A stretch of 64,000 nucleotides of DNA, from the NCBI RefSeq assembly GCF_000143415.4, contig NW_003314261.1, positions 806,001-870,000 of the forward strand. The letters are read 5' to 3'. This stretch comes from Selaginella moellendorffii. Lineage: Eukaryota; Plantae; Lycopodiophyta. Position numbers and translations under genes: made by a program. Under the pieces are notes generated by a model. That model saw only the letters and a list, made by a program, of their open reading frames with translations. It searched no databases and was not told where the DNA came from. Numbering within the stretch: position 1 is the stretch's first letter; the number at the start of each line of letters is the position of its first letter. Positions 36,601 through 46,214 of the stretch are shown here, in pieces.

Positions 36601-39277
36601 AGAATAGTCCGCCGCAGTTGTACTCGACAACGCATTTGCCCTTGGAGTCGGAAGCAGGTGACCCACCCGCTATTGCGTTGAAGACCCAGCTAAGCATTTC
36701 CCATGCTGCACCTGGAGCTTTCTTTGGATTCGAAAGCTCCATAGCCGTCTTCAGTTCCTCAGGCACGGGTAAATTGACCTCCCTCAGATCAATTCGATTG
36801 GCCTTGTCGAACGAAGCTGGGAAGTCACTCCAGTCCCACTCTGCTGCAGGACCAATAACAAGGGCGAGTGAGAAAGTTGCGGACATTCATCGGTATCTTC
36901 TTCTTAGCCATTATCCCATGGATCTCCCGCATCTCCTTGCCTTTCAACCGAGCCTTCACCTCGTTCAAGGCCTTCCAGAACTTGTGATAGGATTCAGAGT
37001 CGTAGATCATATAGTGGACTGAAGATTCCACCTCCGCAAGTCCCACCATTAAGTTAATGATGGAGCTGACTTCGTCTGCATGAGTGATCTCCTCGTTTGT
37101 GAAGTCCATCACACAAAAGATGTTCTTGACCTGCTCATCTCCGCGGGAAACGATGCTCCTCCACCTTTGATCCTCATCTGAATTCAAGTATACCCGGTAA
37201 GGTTCTCGATAGGCCTCTGCTGCGGGGTCGAGCTGTTTCTGAAGCTGGCGGTCGACATCAATCTTAATGAAATTTGGATACTGATCCAACTTCTCAGCTT
37301 TACTTTTCGTGGCATCCCGCAGCAGATCGATGAACTTGGGGGCCCCCTTCACGTACTCGTCGATGTCTTCATTTGACAACTCCAGCGCTTCCATCATCTC
37401 TTGCGTGGTGTCGATGCTCACCCTCTCCATGGCCACTTGCTCGAAGATCCAATCCTTCAATAGCGCACGAGCTCTCAGAGTCGTGCACAAGTCCTCGTAT
37501 GTCACAATATGGCCGGGAGTCATTTTGGTCTTGTTGAAGACTACCTCACCACGTAGAAGAGCATTAGCCACTGTTAGAAGGTCGTCGTCGTCTAGAGACC
37601 GCGAGAAACGCAAGGCGTTGAGCTTCAAATCATTGGGCTTCCGGCCGTCCGCCACACCAATTGAGTTTGGCAACTCCCCGTCATGGTACCTCCTCAGCAC
37701 ATCTACCCATTTGTCAAAAACAACTTTTGTCGCGAGTAGAATGTTATAGATGCTGAGTGTGTCATTGACCCCTAGTGTTTTCGAGAGAAGACTCGAGAAT
37801 TCCTGCAATGGAAATGGCGTGAGGCCACATGCTATGTCACATGCAACGAGGCTTACCTGCCAGGCGCTAGTTGCTAGTGCACGTCCTTGTCCTGGTTTTT
37901 GTGGCTTCTTCAGTTGAACCCAGAGCTTCCGTGTTCGTGCCAATGTCTCGTGCAGACCCGATTTGTAACACGTTTCTTGCTTGACATTCTGCGCGTGGGA
38001 GATGTATATGATAGATCGGAGGGGCGAGTTGCCTTTTATCAGGCGGACAACTCTTGTCTTGAAGACTTTGTTCACCTCCTCGCCCACCATAATATCCACA
38101 ACTATCTCTTGCATCGCCAAGCTAGAATGCTGCCCGGAGACGGCATAGAACCGGATGTTCTGATCGTCCAACACCTTCCTATTATTCAAGTCTGGAAACC
38201 TCGTCTCGCCCTTCATTGTTCGGTAGTAGGGGATCACGTCTGCGATGTCGAGTGTTACTGGACTTGCCAGCATCTTCTGCTTCAATTTCTCCACCCACTC
38301 ATCAGATACTAGCCTGTGGTTGTATTTGCTTTGGATGTCGATACGGCTCACGTCGATTGTATATACTTTGTTGGAATAGTAACAAGTACTATTATCTGCG
38401 ACGATTTTTGCTGCCTCTTCTTGCTCTTTCTGCTCTTTGCGGCTCTTCTTTTTGGTGGGTGTAGTGTTCGAACCCGAGGCAATGGCATCACTGAGTAGCT
38501 TCTTTTTTGGAGCAGGAGAGTCGGACGTCAGCTTGAGCTTGACCACCCTTTTCTGCTTCGAGGTAGTTTCCAGATCGACCCCCTTCCCCTTTGCTTCGCG
38601 AACTGGAGTCACTCTCAACGGCTCAATGTTGGAATATAGTTTTTGAACATCGCCGTAGGTGAGGTCCGTGGATTCCATGTGATCTTCATAGACCCGTAGC
38701 GTCTTTGAAATTGTGGGCCTCCTGGACAACCTCTCCCTAGCTCCCTCTAGGAATTCCTCATAGCCGCTGCCCCCCTCCGGGAAGCCGCTAGGATGTGCAA
38801 GGTGGATCTTGAAGGCAGACGCTGTCTCTACCACAAGTGCCAGTCCATATTCTTGCATGGAACTACATGGAGTGTCTGTCACTTGGATGAGGATCCCCAT
38901 GCATTCTTTTCTCCCACCATCTGTGTTGTACAGCCTCAGATCCTCGCCTTCCATCCCGAAAGTCCAACTGGTGAGCTCCTCCCCCTTCTCTGCATCCACA
39001 TTGATAGTGGCTGGAAGAAGAACGCAATTCCTCGCCTGTTCAGAAATGCACAACAATTAGAGCTGACAGATGAAAAGCTAGTAGCTGGAAATAACGTGAG
39101 GCCACACGCCATTCACCACTGCATCAGATGTCTTGAGGCTGCATCCTAAGATGGCGTGAGGCTACACGCCATCTGTAACCGGACTGCACTCGAGAGCCCA
39201 GTCGGTGCATGCCAATGTTGCTACTGAATGGCATGTGGCCTCATGCCATTTTCTATTTGGCCTAAAAGACTTACCAT
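33654..39277 (-). pseudogene. Multi-exon cargo gene: ParB/Srx-like + degenerate N6/N4 amino-MTase-like + acidic/repeat linker + FCP1/NIF-like HAD phosphatase
   Basis: Proposed ATG at 39277 followed by phase-0 intron 39036-39274. Motifs: RLVSDEWVEKL...FYAVSGQHSSLA...ISHAQN; VVEYNCGGLFFRAALLKG; IIFDLNGVL...GVWTS...LIIDDSPIK. Frameshift near 36873 and TGA codons at ~34507 and ~34234. Could be more than one gene. Confidence 0.6.
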
Positions 39278-40505
39278 TTGAAGCCGAATGGAGGCGTGAC
39301 AACCGGACTCGCTGGCGAATGTGCACTGTGTGTGCAGCGGATCGTAGCAGCAAGGCTACTCTGCCACTTACAGTTGGAGAGTGGCGCTGAAATCTCCTGG
39401 GACGCCAAGTGAGCTGCGTGTGGGTGGCGGAGTGGGCGGCGGAGTTGGCGGCGAAGTTACAAACTGGGTGTGTCTTGAAGTGGACGCCGATGCACACGAG
39501 CGCAATGCGAGTGCGAGTGTGATGCAAGCGCGAGTGGACGCCGATGCACACGAGAAACCTGTAGAGAAGTGGGAGTGCGAGTGGGAGCGCGATGCGAGCG
39601 CGAGTACGAAGCAAAATGCAAAACCTAACCTCACACGCGCGAAATGTCACGACGGTTGGTAATCCCGCCATGTCATCATTCCTCGGACTTGGGCGCCACC
39701 ATTAATTTCTGGATCGGCGCGCGCATGCGTGAAATCCAAAAGAAATCCGCAACGTCATCATTCCTCGGACTGCATGCACGCGAAATCCAAAAGAAAGATC
39801 ATGATTGGGATATCATTTAATACCCTCGCTATATTTATACCATGCATGATTGGATATTCCAAAGCATCTTGTATTTCCAAAAATGCCAGATGTTCAGCTA
39901 AATAAATTGTCAGAGGATTTGATATGACGTTCAAGCGTGTGGGCTCATGCAATTTTGATCCCAAAAAATGCACCAAAAAATGCTCGGCGTCATCTGGTGT
40001 TATCTCTTGAATGGCGTGGGGCCGCATGCCATTTTCAGGAGCACATAGGAGTATATTCCTAGAATATTCTGACATGTGCGAGATTGTTTTGAGTTTCCTG
40101 GAGATCCAACCGTTAGATTGCAACTAGATTTTACAGAATAGTATACAATGTCCTTCTTGATGACCCTGCAAAGAAGCATCTCGATCGGACACCACATGAG
40201 ACCACACGAGCCTTACAATGTTTCAGGGGCATTTGCCATAGATCCGACCGTTATTTTGCTCCAAGATTCTACAGTTTGGTGTGCATTGACCTTTCCATCG
40301 ACACTGCAAAGGGACATCACAATCAGATGCGGGATCACAAGAAACCAACTTCACTAACTCTGGTTTCACCAAGATCTACGTAAGGAGTTATGAAATGAAA
40401 GGACCCTCTCTATTGAAATGTGTTTATAGTCCTAGAGGCATTGTGACATATCAAAGGATTTTGCATCAAGTTCTGTATTTGCATGTTTATCAAGCTACTG
40501 AATTG

Positions 40506-40537
40506 CTAAACCCTAAACCCTAAACCCTAACCCTAAA
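40506..40537 (+). repeat. Short interstitial plant telomere-type repeat
   Basis: CTAAA CCCTAAA CCCTAAA CCCTAA CCCTAAA. Confidence 0.8.
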
Positions 40538-41369
40538 CATGTGGCAAATGCTGCGTGAAGAAAGATGCCCTTTCTGGGCAAATGCTGTAAGAGGCAGATT
40601 CCGAGCAGATGTATCTCAGGCCAGCGAAGGGGACAAACGAAAGCTAGCTATAAACATGACGGGATGCAAATAGATTACTAGGCTGGTCCTGCAAAAATCA
40701 AAAACCATAATTGAAAACATTGAAAATGCAAAAAGAAAGGTTTATAATATTTTTGAATTTTAAGCAACCAAATGAATGTAAGTAGGGCATGTGTTTGTAA
40801 GTTTAAAAATGCCTTAACCACTTAAATTCCCAAGTAAATAAAGCTGTTTCTATTTTTGGTACAGGTAAACTTTATAGCGTGTGGGCTCATGCAATTTTGA
40901 ACCCAAAAATGCACCAAAAAATGCTTGACTAGCATTATTCTTTGAATGGCGTGTGGCCTTATATTGCCATAAATGGACGTACACACACAACATAATTATT
41001 CCTTTACACGGCGAATAATCTTGGCGCGGATCACTGACATGGCACAGCTGGATCGAGGCAAGGACATGATGTGACAAAGTTTAACCTCCGACAGCAAAGT
41101 CTAGAAGCTACTCAGTTTGAAATTTGTCAGAGGAATCATAAGATCTGGTTTGTCAGAGGATTTGATGTGACGTTCAAGCGTGTGTTATTTTTGAATTCTC
41201 GAACTCATTCCTAGGTCTATCATTTTTGTGCGCCGTGTTCTTGGTTCCGCTGAGCGCAGTGAGCGCTGCTTGTCTAAGCGGCGTTGTGAGCTGTGGTTTA
41301 TGCGTCTACAAGCGGTTGCGGCATTGCGAGCGCCATTGCGAGCGGCAGTTTATGCGAGTGGCAGTTTGT

Positions 41370-41441
41370 GCGAGCGGCGCTACGAGCAGTTGCGGTGTTG
41401 CGAGCGGCGCTACGAGTAGTTGCGGTGTTGCGAGCGGCACT
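41370..41441. repeat. 30-bp tandem repeat
   Basis: GCGAGCGGCGCTACGAGYAGTTGCGGTGTT x~2.4, with shorter related units upstream. Confidence 0.75.
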
Positions 41442-41630
41442 GTCTTTGGTGTGGCTACCGCTTCCTCTTGATATTCAGCACTTGTGCTTCCTGGTATGTT
41501 CACCATGGAATGGTTTAGGACCACATTTAGAAATGGCATGAGGCCACATGCCATCTTGGGCCCTTGCAATTTCATGGCTAGCGTATTGTCATGTATGTTT
41601 TTACTTGCCTGCAGCTGTGTGTATATCAAG

Positions 41631-41822
41631 ATGGCATGAGGCCTCATGCCATTTTTGGCCCCTATTAGCCTATTGCCATATTCCTTTTGCCTTGCTGCAA
41701 CTGTATATATTTTTGTATGGGTGACTAGTCACGCACACAAAAATATATACAGTTGCAACAAGGCAAAAGTAATATAGCAACAGGCTAGCAGGGGCCAAAT
41801 ATAGCGTGAGGCCTCATGCCAT
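41631..41822. repeat. Fold-back inverted repeat (~95-bp arms) capped by 22-bp palindromes
   Basis: Centre GTGACTAGTCAC at ~41721-41732, arms such as TTGCTGCAACTGTATATATTTTTGT / ACAAAAATATATACAGTTGCAACAA. Confidence 0.85.
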
Positions 41823-42001
41823 TAGTGGTACCACTAATGGCATGAGGGCTCATGCCAATTTTGTGAATGCGAAATTTCACGTGGGTGTCAATAGCATGTT
41901 TGAATAATGGCATGTGGCCTCATGCTATTTGGTATGTTATGATTTAGGCCATTCTCCAATCATTTTTTGTATGGTCTTAACTTCTTTTCTGCACTTTCAA
42001 A

Positions 42002-45000
42002 ATGGCCTTCAGGGTTGGGGAAAAGGTTTACATTTTGAATGGTGGGAAGAGAGTTGCAAAAGGGACCCTTGTGTCTATGGATGGGAACTTTGTTATACAC
42101 TGTCAAAGGTTTGGGGAAGGCAATGCTGCTGTATCAGTAGAGATTGTCTTCGATGGGAATGTGGTCGCTATTGAACGAGGAGAGATGGTCGTCGGGGTAA
42201 ATGTTGTTGTTGCCTTGAAAAATCTGCAGAAGAAAGCAGATGTTAGGGACAGCGCAAGTGCGATGCATGTTCCCTCCGTGGATCTTAAGAACCGTGCTAC
42301 ATGGATTCAGGCAAAGGTGTTTCTAAACAACCCCGAGGGGGAGGTGGTAGCTGAGGGCTTAGCCACAGTTGTCGATCCAAGAGATGCGGTTGCTAATCAA
42401 GAATTGGGCTGGGATGATATTGGAGTTGCGATTTTAGAGGTTGTTGACACAGAAGAAAACAGTCTGACTATTGGAAGCATTGTGCGGTGGAAATTGAGGC
42501 ATTTAGTGTTTGAGAATGTGAAGGATTCACAATCAAACACCACTACAACTGATGACAGAACATCTCTTCATGGGAAAAGAAAGTACACCTTCCTACAGCG
42601 CAGCCAAAGGGATTTGAGCAACGAACCGAAAAGGCAGAAAATGGCGATGGAGGTTCGAATGGTCTCGACAGTTGCTTGTTGCAAGAGGAGGTGCTGTCAA
42701 CATGCTGATTGGGATGCTATTGAAGAGGAGAGAGCAAGATACAAGACATTGTCCTGGAAGGCAGCTCGCAATTTTGTGTATGAGGCATTACGGTCATCTG
42801 TTGATGCTTCAGAACATCAGGTGGGGGGCATGGTCTTCCAGAGGGGTTTGGTCTGCATGAAGGCATGGAGAATCATTTATGGAGTCCCTCGAAGCACATT
42901 CTACAGAATCAAAACTGAGTTCGAGGAACAAAGGGTTCAACAGGCAGTCCATAGGAACGACGGTACGCACAAAACCAGGGGTCATGTTGTATATGGAGAG
43001 GCAATCTTCAAGAGGTTTGTCGAGACATGTAGCGAGCAGCAACCACATAAAACCCGCCTCTTGGAAGATGGAACACGAGACACCCAACAAGTTCTCCCTT
43101 CCATGTATACCAAGGGGCCCATATTGGAAGATGTGAATCGGGAACTCTAGAGTAATGGCTACAGGAAGCTGAGCCAATCTAGATTTAGTAGATTGTGGAG
43201 CAACAGGTTCAGGGATGTGAGTATAGGAAAGTACTCCAGCTTTTCAAAGTGTGACGAATGCACTGCTATCAAAATGGCTTTGTCGAAGAATTCTTGCAAC
43301 GCTCAAGAGCGAGAGACGTTGGTTAGAAAGCGGCTCGACCACAACATCGAGCAGAGAAGCTGCAGGACTGCATATTATCATAACAGGATTCTCTCCATGG
43401 AGAGACCTGACTCTTACCTCTGCATCATCCACGACAAAATGGACCAGAAAAAGACGTGCTTACCTCGACTCAATCCTGCCCCCAAGGCAATCTCTTCATC
43501 CATGCAGCTGCCTGTGTCTCTGTTTGGCATAATCGCTCATGGGCATGGTGCCCAGAACTATGGGAACTTCTTTGTACCTCTATGGGGTGGCGGGGGTGCA
43601 AACATGATGATTGTGTCCCTAGCAAAACACTTAAGGTCTCTGCAAAGTGCGCAGACTGAGCTGAACGGCCAACCCTTGCATAAGGCCCTTGTCGATCGAA
43701 CCATACAGGGTTCAGCTGGAGGAGGAGCAAAGGCTTGCAGTATCGCGTGGGGCCCCATGCCATCCCAGTGAATATGTTGGCCGTTAGATTGTAGGGTTAT
43801 CACGTGAGGCCTCATGCCATTCCGACGAGGCTGGTCGCCCGGTGAATGCACAGCCTCATCCAAACGAAGCAGAATGTCAAGGAAGTTCTTGCGGCCGATG
43901 TGGCCTTCCACCCCATCTTCTGCTCCAAACAGACAATGCTGGCAGTGAGAACAAAAACATGTACGTCTTCGCGTACTTGGAAATGCTTGTTGCCAAAGGC
44001 ATATTTGAAACGGTTACACTTGGCTTTCTCATGGTTGGGCACACTCATGAAGACGTCGATGCCATGTTCAGTCACCTGGCAGAGTCCCTCCGGCGATCCA
44101 ATGTCCTCACCCTCCCACAACTCTACGATGAATTCCAAAATTGCATCAAAGGCACTGTTGAAGCTGCACTTGTGACAGAGGTTCCAGACTTTAAGGGGTT
44201 TGTAAGAGGCTACATCAGGGACGGATCCGAAACGCTGATTGGCCACTCCAAGCCTCTTCAGTTTCATTTCAGCATGCGTGACGGTGCTCCAGTGATGAGG
44301 TACAAGATGAGAGAATGGGACACAGTGTGGCTGCCAGTGGATGGCATTGAACTCTTCAAGAGAGATCCCATAACTGGGGAACTTATGATTCCTCAGGGTT
44401 CCCCACGGCCGATGCACCCGGATGGACTCAAAGACCAGGAAAGTATAGTGGCCGGGATTAGATAGCATATTGCCTTCTGGAAGAGGGGGTTGGTGTTTGG
44501 TGGAGAATCCTATTTTAAGAGGTGCAAGCCTTTGCTCGAATACTGGGAAAAGATTATATCTGCTATCCAAAATGGGCCGGTTGTATATGAAGAATTGGAA
44601 GAGTCCTTTTGGCCAGAACCCAGAGCACCAGATAGTAGCGGAACAATGTCCTCTAGAAATGCAGTGACAGATAACGATGTTGAGGATCACTATTGTGGGC
44701 CGAGGAACAAGAAGCCGGATTCAGCATTCAATCCAGTACAGGTCTGCAAAGGAATGGTCGTGCTTGTCAGACCCAGTAATAAAAAACAAATGATATGGGT
44801 GGGGCGCTGCATCACTGATGTAGAGGAGGACGCGGAAACTAACTCCTTCAATGTAACTGTGGAGTGGTTCAAGCCAAGTTCCGGATATACGAAGGATTGC
44901 CTAGAAAAGAGATGGGTGCTGAATCCAAGGGATCCCAGCATGAGCATATCGGTGGATAATGTTGTGCATGGTTGGATGCGGAAGCAGAGTGCCACCATCA

Positions 45001-45141
45001 CCTTGCCAGACCATGCAAGAGATGCAGCAAGAGCATTCATAACTCGGGTTCAAGGTGAGATTCATTAATATTCCTTTACTAAGTTTCTAATGTATTTTAT
45101 TTCAAGGTGAACAATCCGAATCTGAATCAGAGGAGGCGTGA
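42002..45141 (+). pseudogene. Sola2-type DDD transposase with N-terminal TNP1-like repeats and C-terminal BAH/SH3-like domain
   Basis: FSKCDEC..H, HDKMDQKK, LQTDNAGSENKN and FLMVGHTHEDVDAMFS motifs. Two in-frame TAG stops (43148, 44463), a probable intron around 43735-43870 and a final 52-bp intron 45055-45106. Confidence 0.85.
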
Positions 45142-45757
45142 TGGCATGTGGCCCTTTGCACTAGTATATCTTAATACCAGTCTGAGAAATAGAATGGCAT
45201 GTGCCCTCAGGCCTTTTACTAAATCACCTTTGAAAGAAATGCAAGCCTCTATGTCGTAAAAAAAAGGTACTAGAGAAATTCCTTAATAATATGAATGTTA
45301 TTTAGTTTCATGAAAATACACTAAGGGTCAAATGAGTTAAATGACTTCTCCAGACTAGCAATGCCTCTTGCTACACCTTCACAATTAGATTCGTTAGAAA
45401 AAGATAACATTGAATAATATCTAAATGTTCTCACCATTAAGTTATATGTCTGGCTAATAGGAATGACGTTCATCTTGGAAAGCTCACCACATGCTCAATG
45501 AACAAACAAATAGTGTGTGCGCGCATGCCATCGCTCTTCTTTAGCTTCAGATTCGGTTTGTTCACCTTAACAATGAGATTTATTATACAACCAGATGGAC
45601 TCAGTCTGGACACAAAGTCACCGCGCTAGTCACCATGCCCCAGATATGTCTAGCCCCTGGACCAAAAACATATAATTTCACGTCATTTTCAAATACTTGA
45701 AAATTTGTACCTAGTCCCATTTTACTGAATAAATCCCACTTTAACGAAATAGAGCTT

Positions 45758-46214
45758 ACTATCCCTACTATACTTTTGGAACCCCCTGCAGCCCCCCCCC
45801 CCCCGGGAGACGCACGCTTTGGGCTTTCACCCCTTGAGCTATATTAGTATTTGGATTTAGTCTTAGAATCGATCTTAGACTCGATCTCGGACCCGACTTC
45901 GGATTCGGTTTCGGACTCGATTTCGGACTCGATCTTGGACCCGATTTTGGCCCCGACTTCGGACTCGATCTCGGACTCAGTCTCAGACCCGATTTGGATC
46001 TCGGACTCTGCCTCAAACTCGGTCTCGAACTCGGACTCGAACTCGGTCTCCGATTCGGCCTCGGCTCGATTCCGGACTCTATCTCGAACTCGGTCTCAGA
46101 GTCGGTCTTGGACTCGATCTTCGACTCGATCCCATCCGATGAACTTTTTGTCATTTCGGTCATGCTCTCGGGGATCCTTTAGCCTACGACATCTCGGGGA
46201 GTCGGTTCCTTACA
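45758..46214 (-). repeat. 5' LTR of chromovirus, 5' part
   Basis: Colinear with 26866-27318, ends CTTACA followed by TSD CCTTT. Confidence 0.92.

Larger units (their letters stand above)
33212..45757. mobile_element. Sola2-like DNA transposon, 12,546 bp, with cargo gene
   Basis: Perfect 24-bp TIRs AAGCTCTATTTCGTTAAAGTGGGA (33212-33235 and 45734-45757), 4-bp TSD ACTA (33208-33211, 45758-45761). The empty site is visible in the other LTR at ~26866. Encodes a Sola-type DDD transposase. Confidence 0.9.
26165..46214 (-). mobile_element. Ty3/gypsy chromovirus LTR retrotransposon (5' LTR interrupted by a DNA transposon)
   Basis: LTRs TGTAAG...CTTACA, TSD CCTTT at 26160-26164 and 46215-46219, PBS and PPT present, order gag-PR-RT-RH-INT-chromo. 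Confidence 0.95.

Noticed and set aside
40506-40537. Telomere repeat as evidence of a chromosome end or fusion
   Set aside because: Only about four units and internal to a transposon. More likely a telo-box cluster or repair filler.
33598-45531. 22-bp palindromes as a CRISPR-like array
   Set aside because: Spacing is irregular (tens to thousands of bases), copies are degenerate and lie in introns, and there are no cas-like genes. The context is eukaryotic.
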